In this document: piece by piece, positions 39,375 through 54,469 of the stretch
Layout of the letters: each line of letters starts with the position of its first letter
Position numbering within the stretch: the first letter of the stretch is position 1
From: Octopus vulgaris
Taxonomy: Eukaryota
Direction of reading: 5' to 3'
Length of the DNA: 64,000 nucleotides
Assembly: GCA_951406725.2 (NCBI GenBank)
Contig: OX597835.1
Span: 868,001-932,000 of the forward strand
The notes under the pieces: model-generated
Database searches by the model: none
Told to the model about the DNA's origin: nothing
Seen by the model: the letters and a program-made list of their open reading frames with translations, nothing else
Made by a program: the position numbers and the translations under genes

Positions 39375-41177
39375 CAACTTGGATGAGATGCAGTTTGGTT
39401 TCATGCCAGGGAAATACACCACTGATGCCATATTTCTGGTGAGACAGCTGCAGGAGAAATACCTAGCCAAAGATAAACCTCTGTACTTGGCTTTTGATGA
39501 CATTGAGAAAGCCTTTGACAGGGTCCCCCGATCCCTTATCTAGTGGTCAATGAGGAAACTAGGAATAGATGAATGGTTAGTGAGAGCTGTACGAGCCATG
39601 TACAGGGACACTGTTAGTAAGGTGAGGGTTGGCAACGAGTACAGTGAAGAATTCTGAGTAGAGGTTGGGGTCCACCAAGGTTCAGTCCTCAGCCCCCTCC
39701 TATTTATCATAGTCCTCCAAGCAATAACGGAGGAATTCAAGACAGGATGCCCCTGGGAACTCCTCTATGCTGATGACCTTGCCCTAATTGCTGAGTCACT
39801 ATCAGAACTGGAGGAGAGGTTTCAGATGTGGAAGCAAGGATTAGAATCGAAGGACCTTAGAGTCAACCTAGCTAAAACCAAAGTTCTAATAAGTAGGAAG
39901 GTAGACAAATTACAAACACCTTCAGGTAGATGGCCCTGCTCAATCTGTAGAAAAGGCATAGGTAGAAACTCTATAAGATGCACCAAGTGTAAGCTACGGA
40001 CACATAAGAGGTGCAGCAATATCAAAGGAAGGCTAACTAGGAAAATAGTTTTTGTCTGTGGCAGATGCTCAGGAGCAATAAACACTGAAAATATGCAGAG
40101 ACCATCTTCCACCACATTCCAGGGAGAAAAACTAGAAGTAGTTGATAGCTTCCGTTACCTAGGTGACCAAATCAGTAGCGGGGGCGGGTGTGCTGAAAGT
40201 GTAACTGCTAGAGTAAGAATAGCCTGGGCAAAGTTCAGAGAGCTCTTACCTCTGCTGGTGACAAAAGGCCTCTCGTTCAGAGTAAAAGGTAGATTGTATG
40301 ACGCATGTGTACGAACAGCTATGCTACATGGCAGTGAAACATGGGCCGTGACTGCTGAGGATATGCGTAAGCTCACAAGAAATGAAGCCAGTATGTTCCG
40401 ATGGATGTGTAATGTCAGTGTTCATACTCAGGACCTAAGAAGCATCAGTTGTGGTGTGCAAGAGAGACATTTGCGCTGGTATGGTCATGTGGCGAGAATG
40501 GATGAAGATAGTTGTGTGAAAAAGTGTCCCAAGCGGTTGAAACCTGTGGAAGAGGTAGACCCAGGAAAACCTGGGAAGAGGTAGACCCAGGAAAACCTGG
40601 GAAGAGGTGGTGAAGCACGACCTTCGAACTTTAGGTCTCACTGAGGAAATGACTAGAGACCGAGACCATTGGAAGTATGCTGTGCATGAGAAGACCCGGC
40701 AGGACGAGTGAGGCCATAATCCCATGCCCTCTACCTGGGATGTAGCCAGCCCACTTATGCGTTCTTTTCCTTCTTGGGACACAAAACTCCACTTGTGAAG
40801 ACCTGTGAAAATCAAAATCGTAATCTATCAACATCAGTGGAATTTGTAGCTGTGATACCAGTGCCGGTAGTACATAAGAGAACCATCCGAACGTGGCCGT
40901 AGCCAGCGCCGCCCTGACTGGCTTCCGTGCCGGTGGCACGTAAAAAGCACCATCCGATCGTGGCCGTTTTCCAGCCTCGTCTGGCACCTGTGCCGGTGGC
41001 ATGTAAAAAGCACGCACTACACTCACAGAGTTGTTGGCGTTAGGAAGGGCATCCAGCTGTAGAAACACTGCCAGATCAGACTGGGCCTGGTGCAGCCTTC
41101 TGGCCTCCCAGACCCCAGTTGAACAGTCCAACCCATGCTAGCATGGAAAGCGGACGTTAAACGATGATGATGATGAT
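39375..41177 (+). mobile_element. 5'-truncated RTE LINE with premature stops, 3' UTR and (GAT)n tail
   Basis: RT motifs, ORF 39826-40584, a 26-nt tandem duplication near 40549-40600, tail at about 41162. Confidence 0.92.
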
Positions 41178-41196
41178 ATATATATTTATATATATA

Positions 41197-41675
41197 TTGG
41201 GATCGACTAGAAATGCTAAAACTTTATTCTCTCCAACGTCGCCGTGAGCGCTACATCATCTGCATGATGTGGAAAATATTCCATCAGCATTGCCCAAATG
41301 ATGTTGGCATCACCTTTAAGGTACATCCAAGGCTTGGGCCCCGTGCCATCCGCCCAAAACAAAAATCGCACTCTCATCTCATAACAACAATACGGCACAA
41401 TTATTTCACCTCAATTGGCCCCGCTCTCTTTAACATTACACCAAAACACATTAAAACAGAAACAGACCCTATCAGGTTCAAGAAGTCTTTGGACAGATTC
41501 CTTCAAGAAATCCCGGATAAACCCCCTACACCCGGATATGTCTCTGTAAACAATAACTCTCTACTTGAGTGGGCCATAGTACCCAAATTCTGACTTGAAA
41601 GACTTCACCAGGTGGTGCTATTAAGTTAGACATGGCCTGGGCCAATAATGGCCGAAACCTATCAAAGTATCAAAG
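41197..41675 (+). mobile_element. 3' end of a CR1/Jockey-group LINE
   Basis: LKLYSLQRRRERY...GPALFNITP...FKKSLDRFLQEIPDKP; short tatcaaag repeat tail. Confidence 0.75.
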
Positions 41676-41709
41676 TATATATGCATATATATATATATAT
41701 ATACATATA

Positions 41710-41829
<120 letters not shown>

Positions 41830-41917
41830 CATATATACATACAAAAAACATATATATGCTTGCTGCTGACCGGCGCGGAGAGGAGTAAAAACGTCTTTAT
41901 ACTTCAGCAATCAACGG

Positions 41918-42069
<152 letters not shown>

Positions 42070-42859
42070 GACTTCCATACATTTTCTATTATGTCAACTT
42101 GGGGGCTGTAATTGAAAACACTTTCCCAAAGTGTTACGCAGTGGTACTGAACCAAAAAGCACATGATTGCAAAGCCAGCTTCTCAACTACATTACTATGC
42201 AATTAGTCATTGGTTATTTAGTCTTCTGTGTACTTTATCAATATCTATATGGGGGAGATTTTGTTGATATTTCTAGCAAAACTTTAAGTTGTTGAATTGT
42301 GTGTGTTTATTTGTCCTTGGTGACATATGACAACTTAAATATTCATGTGTTGAACAAAGAAAATATCTATAGGGAAAATATGTAGGTGCAACAAGTTTGA
42401 AGAAGCAATTAAATATCACTTTTCCTCTTGAATCAAAAGAGTAATATGCAAATAGAAAATTTAACAAAGAGAATCGAAAATAATACAGAAATGATTGTTG
42501 CATTAACAGAGATAGTCCAACCAGATTGACCAGTATTTTGACAAGTAAGCACGAAAGTTTCTATATGGTTGTTCAACCTGCTAATAGAAACAGCAACCAA
42601 CTCTCTCTCAGACCAATTACTGAGTGAATAACGTAATCTTACATATACATTATGTCGGCTTGAATATCTTTCCTTATCAGTCCATCTTCCCCATTGCGAT
42701 AGACCATCTAAGGCTAAATATAAAACTAAACAAAAAACATTTCAATAGTAGCAGCTCTCCTACTACTATTCCTACTTCTACGAGTGCTATGTGAACAATG
42801 ACGGCCTCCATTATCGTAGCCAAATGTAGCTCAAACTCAAATTACTTGGTCTCATGTTT

Positions 42860-44800
42860 TTCTTCAGTTTGTAACCAGCTTCCATCTTCCTAGAACCACA
42901 GAGAGCAGTAACATACAAACAATAAACAGCAGGGACGACGACACAAGATTCCCCTCTTGATGCTGATTTGTCTCCAATCTGATGTTAAAACTATCTTCCA
43001 GCTCCTCAAGCTGATTAAATAAATAAATCATAATTTTAGCTACTGCAACCCTCTCCAACCATTTTAGAATCCATGAGTGAGGAACCATATCATATGCTTT
43101 CTTGTTACCAATCCTGGCCATTGATAAGGTTGTCAACCTTCTCCGACAGTCCTTTGAAATTGCCTTATTTATCAGCAGCTGATCCTTTGTTCCTCATGAT
43201 CCCTTACTGCAATCAGTTCATTTCTTTTAATTGGTCTTACAATTTCTTACCCATTATTTCAGTTAGACGCTTCCACACCCTAGGTAAACAGGCAAGTGGA
43301 TGATAGTTACTGTCTATGGAACTCTTGGCTCAGTCCTTTTGAATCATCAGTTCTTCTTTTGACCATCCTTTCTGCTACAATTCCTTCGTGTACACAGCCT
43401 TGTAGGAGCTTCTGTAATTTAGGATGTAAATTCATCCATCAAAACTTTGAACCCAAAACCTTGAACTGGCTCCAGGCCAGATGCCTTCCAATTTTTTATT
43501 TTACCAACTTCAGTTCATACATCTTCCAATGTGATGGTAACATCCATACCATTGAATTCCACTTATTGAAGTCAGGATGCCTTGTTGTTGTGTTTGATAA
43601 CCTCTGACAAGACCCTACTCCAAAATGAAGTTGTTTCTTTGGGATCAGGTATTTCTGCCTTTTCCTTATCTCCTCCTCCGTCCAGAACCTTGTGAAACAG
43701 CTTCTGATTTGTTCGACCTGGACGCATCTTTCCTCTTTTCATCCTAACTCCACTTCATTTCATCTTTTGTCTTAATATATCTCATATAAACAGACTGCTC
43801 TCTTTTCCATTGAACTTCACATTTCCTCTGCCTTACTTCCTCAATCTAACTTAAATCTTTCCACCATATATTAATGCTTTCTTTTATCTTCCTTTTCTAA
43901 CATGGTTCTTTGTTTCTATGTACTTTCTACACATTCCCATATTTTCTGTGATGACATAAGCAATGGCATACATCAAGGAATTGAACTCACTAATGTCCTT
44001 AATTGGAATTCTCATCATAACTTCATTCACTTTCCTGGGACTTTCCCTTCATCTGATTTCAATGATGGTGACCTTTTCCTTTCCTCAAGGAACATCACTT
44101 CTAGAATTCTGTCCTGAAGAGCAGCTAGTTCTTGGCTAATTTCTTCCAGTGACTTTTTAGTTTGAGGAACAGTAATGTCTTCTAAAGATGGTAGACTTCA
44201 TCCCTCCATGCCCAAACTCTCTAGATTCTCCTGTTTCATAGGTACTTCTTCTGAATCAGTAGTCTCCTGTAGTTCCTTTCACACTTCCATTATAATCTCC
44301 TCTTGTTCTGTCTTTTTTAACCAACTTTTGATCTTAATTTGTCCAATCTGATCAGCCAGTCTTTGTTCACTGGCATCCTTCACCTCATCATGTGGATATT
44401 TTTTCCAGAGCTCTACTGACCCTTTTTTCTCTGGCTCACTCATAATGTAACAAACAATTTGTTGTTTTCTTTTGTCCATTTCTATCTCCTTCACTGCTGT
44501 GGGTCTACAGTAGCTTCATTACAACTGGACCTGCACTGCTGTTCCACAAGACACTTGCTGGATGTGATACCTTCACTAAAAGCTCCAGCCTTGTGGATGC
44601 CATTAGGATTATTTCCATTGTTGACATTTCTCTGATAAATGGTGTTTGTTTTAATATTACCACCGACCAGTTGTTAAAAGCCAAGACTTTCAAGAAGTCT
44701 GTCCGAATGCTTTCAAGGGAAACGATTATTCTGTGTTGGTTGCTGCCATCAGTATTTATTCTTGCAGTCAATAAAGACTCATGTAGTCGACTCTAGTGAC
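42860..44800 (-). mobile_element. Degenerate Dong/R4-clade LINE
   Basis: KKAYDMVPHSWI, SSLLFIVCM and N-terminal SEQRLADQ; many stops. Confidence 0.7.
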
Positions 44801-45282
44801 TTCATCCACCCTTTAACAGGTTTTGCTTTTTGTTATGCAGTGTCCAACAAAAGCCACTTTCTTTATCAGGCAAGAGCTTCGTTGGGTTACTGGTTTAGTC
44901 ATCAACAGCCTCAACATAAAACAGGTTGTACTTGATTACGTGTTACCAACAACACTAAAAGTGACCTGACATATTATTTACATTTATTTATACAAATAAC
45001 AATGCCACCATCGCCACCAACCACCACCAACATTATTACTATCACAACGACCAATAGCAATGCTATTTTTTTCCTTGAGCCCTTCTGGCCATTAAAAGAA
45101 ATCATTACTATTATCACCACAATAACCATTATTGTTATTATCCTTTCTTTTTTCTTTCTATTCTTTCTTCAATTTTATATATTTCCCCAAACACTAGGGT
45201 ATTTCAGATTTTGCCTAGCCCATTCCTTTAAATACACACACACAGATGTAAATATATATATATATATATGTATATATATGTA

Positions 45283-45344
<62 letters not shown>

Positions 45345-45369
45345 ACATACATATATATACATACATATA

Positions 45370-45427
<58 letters not shown>

Positions 45428-45428
<1 letters not shown>

Positions 45429-45809
45429 TAGCAGTATCGCCCGGCGTTGCTCAGGTTTGTAAGGGAAATAACTATAAAGCATTTTTAGAGAGTTATAGCC
45501 AAAAAACAGCAAAAAGATGGAAAAAAATGATGGTAATTTTTTTTTAGTTAAAAAAGGTGGAGTTGCGTCCCCTAGACAGTTTGCGGTTTGTGTTTCTGAT
45601 TCTCGACCCCATGTCGAATTTATCGATTTTTTCAGAACTGGGGGAACTTTTCAAAATTTTAGCTGCGTTAGTTTTGAATTATGACATTGGGCTATGTGTG
45701 TGTCAAGTTTCATCAGAATCGGTTGAAAGCCGTGGTCAGGGTGAGGGTACAAGAAAACAGACACACAGAAATACGCACAGACAAACTGCCGTTTATATAT
45801 AGAGAGAGA
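45428..45809 (-). mobile_element. Non-autonomous Helitron
   Basis: Minus strand starts TC and ends with a GC hairpin plus CTAG; related element at about 49165-49553. Confidence 0.65.
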
Positions 45810-45814
45810 TATAC

Positions 45815-46180
45815 GAGTGGCTATGTGGTAAGTAGCTTGCTTACCAACCACATGGCACTTTGGGCAAGTATCTTCTTCTATAGCCTCGGGCCGACCAAAG
45901 CCTTGTGGGTGGATTTGGTAGACGGAAACTGGAAGAAGCCCATCGTATATATGTATATATATATATGTATGTATATGTTTGTGTGTCTGTGTTTGTCCCC
46001 CCACCATTGCTTGACAACCAATGGTGGTGTGTTTACGTCCCGTAACTAAGCGGTTCAGCTAAAGAGACTGATAGAATAAGTACTAGGCTTACAAAGAATA
46101 AGTCCTAGGGTCAATTTACTCAACTAGAAGGCGGTGCTCCAGCATGGCCGCAGTCAAATGACTGAAACAAGTAAAAGAGT
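45815..46180 (+). mobile_element. SINE family A
   Basis: Matches 2229-2605. Confidence 0.8.
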
Positions 46181-46191
46181 ATATATATACA

Positions 46192-46239
<48 letters not shown>

Positions 46240-46257
46240 CATACATCATATATATAT

Positions 46258-46292
<35 letters not shown>

Positions 46293-46328
46293 TATATATA
46301 CATATACATATAGATATATACATATATA

Positions 46329-47209
46329 TCTCTATTTATAAAACTGAAATGCGAAAAGTTTGTTTGTTTGTTTGTCTGGTTTTGGCATTGAGAACGGGTT
46401 AAAGGCCACTAGATCCCGTTGGATTGACTCCAAAATTTACAGGGACATGTAAAATGAGGTGACGATGCCAGTGGGCTAGGTTAAAAATCTCTATCTTAAA
46501 AGGTGTTGTTGCTAGGGCCAAAAACGCAATTTGACAAGTCGACTCTCATTCTTTTATGTATCTGTCTTCCTCCGTCACTCACTCTCTTTCCTCCCTTCCC
46601 ATCACTTTCTATATATAACATTGTTTAATGCCATCTAAATACCTTACCTTCCCTTTCTCTTTATAACGTTGTGTCACGGCGTTCTGTATCTCCTCCGTCC
46701 CCGCCTTCGACAGCGCTTTCACACTCTCTCTCTCTCTCTATGTCTGTCTGCATTCATAGACAGAATTATCATCGTCACCACCACCACCACACAATCATGA
46801 GAACAAATATTATGAATCAGCTATTTATTGGGTTAATTTATATATGTGTGTGTGTGTGTGTGTGTGTTCTATATATAAATATGTATATATAATGCATATA
46901 TACAAAGTGTATATATCTGTATTTATGTATATTAAACTTTTTAATACTTTTTGATAGTTATATATATTTTTTTTTTAATTTTAATATAAATTAATAATTT
47001 TTATTTTAAATTTAAATAATTAAAATTTTTCAATTTTATATTTTATATATATTTTGTATATTATATTTTTATTTTTATGTTTTGGTTTATGTTTTTCACT
47101 GTTTGATTTGCCTATTAGTGGTTTTATCTCTAATTTAATTTATACACATATATATATAATTTGTATATATTTGCATATATAATGCATGCACACACACACA
47201 CACACGCAC

Positions 47210-47246
<37 letters not shown>

Positions 47247-48286
47247 GTGTGCATTATGTGGTCGGTTGAGCTGAAAATATGCATACCTATGTTAAAAGTG
47301 CTGGCAAGTTTGCATGACAACTATTTTTTTCCTCAAATGAAAGGCGTGACCTCTAGGACAAAATTCCTCATCTTATAAAATGTGGCCCCAGTAGACCCGA
47401 ATGAAATAGGGTTATATTAACCAAAATGTGAAAAGGGGTCTAAATGGGGCTGGAAGGAGATTAAAATTTAAAGGAGCGGGTGTTTAGGAATTCTCAGTTA
47501 CATCAAGTTCAAAATTTTACGCCAGCCGTTAAACTGTCAATACGTTGCTGTCCGTCGTTAAGAAATGCCAGCCATGGTGACTCTACTATCCTCACATTCT
47601 ATCCCTTCAAACTTTGGTTTCCAATATTTTATTATTTTTATTCAGCTCACAAGTTCGTCTGTCCCTTTTAAATGTTAGTGTTTTGCTGTCTGCCTTGAAG
47701 CAGACCTTTCTGTTGTCACTGCCTGATATTTATGATTGATCTTTCATAATATTTTATTTCTCAACTTACTCAAGATCTTTTGTTGTTTATAAATGGGAGA
47801 GAGAGAGATAGATAAAGATAGAGAGTAAGAGAAAGCGAGGGAGAGTCCGAGAGAAAAGAAAAGTAAGAGAGTGGGAAAGTGAGAGAGAAAGGAGAGAGAA
47901 ACAAAGAGGGAGAATCATCATCATCGTTTAACGTCCGTTTTCCGTGCTAGCACGGGTTGGACAGTTTGACTGGGGCCTGGGAAGCCAGGAGCCTGCACCA
48001 GGCTCCAGTTTGATCTGGCAGTGTTTTTACAGGTGGATGCCCTTCCTAACGCCAACCACTCTGTGAGTATAGTGGGTGGTTTTTTCGTGCCGCCGGCACA
48101 GGTGCCAGGGGCACTGACAGCGGCCACGATCAGTTGATGCTTTTTACGTGCCACCGGCACAGAAGCCAGTCTACGCGGCGCTGCAATCGGCCACGTTCGG
48201 ACAGTGCTTTTTACGTGCTGAAAGGAAGCAACAGAAAGTAACAACCACACTCTTACCCGCGCATAGAGCGGGTGACCTTAAACTAG
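46329..48286 (+). mobile_element. Non-autonomous Helitron containing a nested RTE 3' UTR (47915-48218, minus)
   Basis: a|TC start; acccgc-gcataga-gcgggt hairpin (48255-48273), then CTAG|t; pairing of the two ends is inferred. Confidence 0.6.
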
Positions 48287-48316
48287 TATGTGTGTGTGTG
48301 TGTATACATATATATG

Positions 48317-48722
<406 letters not shown>

Positions 48723-49749
48723 ACATATATATATATATAAATCTATATAAATATATATTTTATGTGTTAATATAATCTCTGTATTTTGATAAGCATATAG
48801 ATGCTTGTGAATGAATGTATATTTATACCTATATATTTATATGTATGGTTTTAGATGAGTATATATTCTTTATGTATGCACTCAAATGTGTATGTATATA
48901 TATTTGGGAGTGTATGCAAATGTATATATGTGGGTATATGTTATATGCGTGCATATGGTAAGCACGCGTGATTATATATTGATGTTTAGGGTGTATTATG
49001 GATATGCACATATATACACATATATACATATGTGTATGTGTGTAGTAATATTTATCTAAACGTATTTAATAGTACTATAAATGTATATTAATGGCTTTAA
49101 TATTACATAATCTTTTTAATATTGATTATATTGATAACTTAATTTCTTTTTTTATTATCATACAAGCAGTAATCGCCCGGAGTTGCTCGGGTTTGTTTCA
49201 ACCCTTTAGAATTGGAATTTTTGAAAAGTAAAAATTTTACATCATGTAGCTTGTTATTCTCTTTAAGTGAACATTTTTCTGGTTGAAATACACCGAAAAA
49301 TGGTGACACAGCAGTGAAAAAATCGTAAAAAATAGGGATTTTCATAGAAAAAAAGCACCTTTTTGATGTAAATAATTTTTGGTGTTAACATGGTCCGATT
49401 TGAATTTTTTCTTCTACGGAAGGAAGAGCAAGCCTTCTTCTATCATTCTTCCAATTTTGGTCAACTTGCGCCGCAGGGTCTTGGAGGAGATTGTGTTAAT
49501 TGAAGGCTACCAACACCTGCCACACAAAGACAACTTCAGCTTTATAGAGAGAGAGAAGAGATTACTTATTCATTATTCAGTTACTTCAACTGTTTTTCTT
49601 GTTTTTGACAATCAAATCTATGCTAAGTTATAACTACAAAATAAATAAACATATATATAAATATTTCTTTCAAAACTCTTTACATAAATAAAGTATTTAA
49701 TAACAATCTCCCCTCTTACTTTAACTAGACTTGTCGTTGATACGCGCCC

Positions 49750-49782
<33 letters not shown>

Positions 49783-49852
49783 AGCAGTTCATTTACAACG
49801 ATACAAGTGCCCGTCTTTCAGAAATAAAATATATCTTAGTTTTCAGTTAGGC

Positions 49853-51871
49853 CAGGGGTTCCCAACCTTTTTGCCGTTTTCGACCACTTTCCCACACACA
49901 AAAGTTCCCAGTCATTTCTAGGATGCAAATCTAAAGCATATTCATTGCGGTTGCTTAAAAGATGAAATATTGCAAAATGGGCATTCGGAGTTGAAACGTT
50001 TATTCAGAAGAATGAAGTTTTTGATTGCTAAATGTTTCTCAACGAAATAAAATTGAAAAATGGTATTAAATGTATTAAATGTTCGACAAACTCACCATGC
50101 TCAGCTTTCAATGTGATCCTTGAGGCTGATGCGAAGCAGACACATTTCGTTGCAAATTTGTCGATTTTAATGGCAAGTCTCCTCGTTTGGCTCCATCCAG
50201 TCCGCTTCTGCTTTTAGACTGAGACCAGATTCGACTTTGTACGACGTTGGGAAGGCAAGCAAAATTAATTTCAAATGCTTCCATGGGTTCGTGTAAGAAT
50301 TCAATATACTTTGACGACACCACAAGCCTTCTTTGCCATGAAACCGATATCGCATTGTGGCCCCATAATCATTTCGCAATTCAATTAGCTCTTCGCAATG
50401 GACTGCTTGGACTTCAAACGGTTTGCTTAACCAATTTGGAATATTCAATGTAATAACATCTTGAAATCGCTCCATCATGCCATCATGCAATGATTGTGGA
50501 TAGTCACGATAGGTAACGATATCCTCATCGACCAATTCATCTTTCAAAGAATCCAGTTGTGGAAATTGATGCAATCGACGTTTGGAAATGTTTATTTTAT
50601 ACAGGACCGATTTCGAAATGAAGACGGTGATAAATGATTTACAGTCGACAAGAGTTTTTGCTTTCCTTGCAACAACTTAATCGAGTCATTAAATTTAGTG
50701 AATATATCGCTCAGAAAAAAAACTATCGCGCTTTGCAGCAATCAATGAAGCCGACAGAGGAGTACTTTCAAAGAAAAATATGATCACATGAAACAGTTCA
50801 ACAAAGCGAACAACACAGTCATCGTACTTTGACAGCCATCTTAGTTCGGTATGGTAGAGAAGCCTTACAAAGTCACCAAGATCATCCAGACATAGTTGAC
50901 GGAAAATTCGGTCAAACAAGGAATTTCAGTTTATTCAGAGTTTTGGTAACCAACTGCAACGCATCATTCAACCAGCCATTGATATTTTTTGCCACTAAAT
51001 GTTATTGGTATATCACACAATGAACTGTTAAAATCTGTTGAGAAATTTCATGCTTTAGGAGAGATGAAAAACCCTCTGAATCTTCCAACCATGGAAGGGG
51101 CGCCATCAGACGCATAGGCAATAATATTGGTCAGTGGGATATGATGTTCAGAAAGGAAAGGCTTAAGCCATTGGAAATAGACGTAACTTTGAATCGAGCA
51201 GCAAGTTCTCTGTGACAATGGTTTGTCTTTTTTTTTTTTTTTTTTGTCGGAATGCTTGGAATCAAAATGATAATTCAACCGTGGATGTTTCATAGCTTCA
51301 TTGCTCAAAGTTTGCTGGCATAGAAGATACATGGATAATTGGCAGTTCTGAAGAGAAGCAGTAAATCCATATGGTTGATAATTAATGCTGTATTGGCGAC
51401 AAGTTTTCTTTGCCGGCGGCATCAGGAAAGTTAAAATTCGAAAAAAAGAACTCATAGAAGCGGAATCAGCAAAGGCAGAAATTCCCGACGCACGCGGATG
51501 TGTGTGCGTCAGATGCAAGTGTAGTGACGTGCTTAATGGGTCTGGTCACTACTTATAATCTGATCTGAGAATAGCCCTTAAAAGGACTTATCGCATACGA
51601 TAAGGACGAACGGACGAAGGCAGAAGTGAAAGGACGAGCGGACAAGAGATATAGTTCGTTCAGTGATTTCTTCCATACATGAAGCGGCAATACCTAAGTA
51701 CAAGGAGTGTGTGAGAGGCAGAAGGGAGAAACGACGGCATGCAAGCTTAGTTTAGACGAGGGAAAACATAATTTACAAAAATCCTTTATCGCCCACCATT
51801 TCCTAAAAATTCGTTCATCGATAATTGAAATCGCCCACGGTTGGCGATATCGCCCAGGTTGGGAAACCCTG
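49853..51871 (-). mobile_element. Buster/Charlie-type hAT transposon with deleted, frameshifted transposase
   Basis: TIRs CAGGGGTTCCCAACCT and AGGTTGGGAAACCCTG (15/16); eroded 8-bp TSD agttaggc/agttggat; BED-like LSNEAMK..L..H, SDGAPSMVG, LLYHTELRWLS, AFPTSYKVESG. Confidence 0.9.
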
Positions 51872-53031
51872 AGTTGGATCAATTTAAGTTATGTAGAAAT
51901 GCTATCTATTTTTTTTTTTTTTTAATATTTGGTTTACAAGTACACCGACACGAAAAAATTTGACCTTCTTTGTTTTGAAATTTTTTCAGTGAATTCCTAT
52001 GTGTTTGATGACGGAGATTCTGAATATGCCAAAATCCATATTTTCAAAATTTTCGATTCCCCCTCCCCCACCCCAAATTTTTTAATTTCAACTTTTTTTT
52101 TTCAATCTTCGTGGGAAAATATGGAGATTAAGATTATGGAAAAACGAAAATAATTAATTTCAAATTTTCTATGAGGAAACTCCAAAACTGATTCATACAC
52201 CCCTCACTACCCCATCCCACTGTCTAAAAGGGAAAATGAACAGCTTGCAAATATGAAAGGCTACTAAATGTGAGGGAGCTGTCCTAATGTGAACATAAGT
52301 GAGGGTCCAATCATTCTTCTTAGCAACAATTAAGAATATGAAGACTTTGGAAGCCCTTTGTCCATCAGGAATTACTTCTAAAGGATACAGCCTAATTTTG
52401 GGGGTGGGGTGGGGAATTTTGGAAAGTTCACCGGAGTCCACTTCAATTCATCTTAACTTTCAAGAAAATGTATATTTTTTAATGAAATTCTCTACAAATA
52501 TGGACTTATTCAGAAACACCCACGAGTGGGGAACAGCTCTCAGAAATAGTCCCCAATTGTTTTCCCCCAAAATTCCTATGTCCTTGGAATCTACATAGTC
52601 CGAGGTATATTTGTAGAGAATTTCATGAAAGTTTAGACGAATTGAAATGGACTCCGGTGAATTTTCTGAAATTCCCCACCCGACCCCCTCCAAAAACATT
52701 TTGTATATTCGGAATCTACTTGATATAACACATATTCGTAGAAAATGTCATTAACAAATATGCATTTTTCTGAAAGTTATGATCATGGTGGTGGGGGGGC
52801 AGAAATCTGGGTGGAGGTAAAGATCATAGACTGCACCCCCTTTAGGATTTTTTTTTTTATGGAAACACACTATATCCATGGCGGAGATTCCGAATCTGCA
52901 AAAAAACAAAAAGCATTTCAAAATTGCAGTGCTTTCTCTCTCTCTCTCTATCTCTCTATCTATCTTCACCATCTCTATGCCTACTATTACTCTCACTCCA
53001 TCATGAGGAATAGTAGGAGTGTCATTGAATA

Positions 53032-53370
53032 GTGAAGGCACATGGCTCAGTGGTTAGAGCGTCGAGCTTACGATCGTGAGGTTATGAGCTCGAATCCCGG
53101 ACCAGGCTGCGTGTTGTGTTCTTGAGCAAGGCACTTTATTTCACGTTGCTCCAGTTCACTCAGCTGTAGAAATGAGTTGCGACGTCACTGGTGCGAAGCT
53201 GTATCGACCTTTGTCTTTCCTTTGGATAACACTGGTGGCGTGGAGAGGGGAGGCTGGTATGCATGGGCGATTGCTGGTCTTCCATAAACAACCTTGCCCG
53301 GACTTGTGTCTAGGAGGGTAACTTTCTAGGTGCAATCCCATGGTCATTCATGACCGAAGGGGGTCTTTAC
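53032..53370 (+). mobile_element. tRNA-derived SINE family C
   Basis: Highly similar to 5805-6146. Confidence 0.85.
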
Positions 53371-53461
53371 CCTTTACCCCATTGAATAGTGAGAGGGAGT
53401 CTAAGTGTGACGCATAGATTTTAGTTTTCGCATTTATTATATATATATATATATATATATA

Positions 53462-54305
53462 TGTTGAAACCTTTCCTCAGATACATTAAAAGTTTCATTA
53501 GAGACGATCTGAACATGCTAAAGCATCTACCAAAAACCTCCAATGAAGAAACACTATTAGTCTCTTTCGATGTCATCAACCACTACACTAACATTCCACA
53601 TGACTACGGAATAGAGGCAATAAAATTCTGGTTAGAAAAATATCCCAAAGTTCTCCCGGATCGTATAAATCCGACTTTTGTCATTCAATCCCTGAAGTTC
53701 ATCCTATAAAACAATTACTTCCTATTCGATGCAACATACTTCCACCAAAAATGCGGCATTGTGATGGGAACAAAAGCAGCGCCTGTCCTTGCGAACCTAA
53801 TAATGGGTTTCTTTGAATCTACCTTATATGAACTTTTGCTCCAAAAATTTGGATCCTCATTCCACCAGTATATAAGAGAAAACTGGAAAAGTCCCATTTC
53901 TGGACATTTTAATTATAAAAAAATCCAACAACCAAATTGCAACTGACATCTACTACAAACCAACAGACTCAAAACAGTATCTGCTTTCCAGTTCATTCCA
54001 TCCCAAACACACCAAAATAAATATCCCATTCAATCTAGCAAAAAGGATCTGCACAATTGTATCTGACACAACCACTTCACCTACAAGACCTCAAAATAAC
54101 ACTCATTGAAGGTCAATAGCCACCTGCACTTATGGACCATGGAATTAAACGTGCCAAGAAATTGGATGGAAACACACTAAGGAGGTCAAAACAAAACACA
54201 ACACCTCACTTTAAATCACTCCCATACATATCAACCCACAACCCCAGAAACAATGAAGCATTCAACACAATCATACAAAATCTCCCTCTTTTAAGTCAAG
54301 ACCTG
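53462..54305 (+). mobile_element. Penelope-like reverse transcriptase remnant, internally deleted
   Basis: LVSFDVINHYTNIPH, MGTKAAPVLANLIMG, TDIYYKPTDSKQYL, LPYISTHNP. Confidence 0.85.
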
Positions 54306-54469
54306 AAATGTTTGTTCTGCTTGATACATTTCCAAAATTAAAGTTTAATATGCAAAATATACTTCACATTATTATATATACTATGCATTAATGCAAAAAA
54401 TATTGTTTTTATTGGCTATCTTCAAAATGATCACACCAGCAATGGAAAATTTCAATACCAACTTCCTAA

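Noticed and set aside
39826-40584. Active RTE element
   Set aside because: 5'-truncated with no endonuclease domain, and in-frame stops in the RT near 39541 and 39655.
50167-51518. Domesticated ZBED/SCAND3-like gene
   Set aside because: Frameshifted, internally deleted and still bounded by TIRs.
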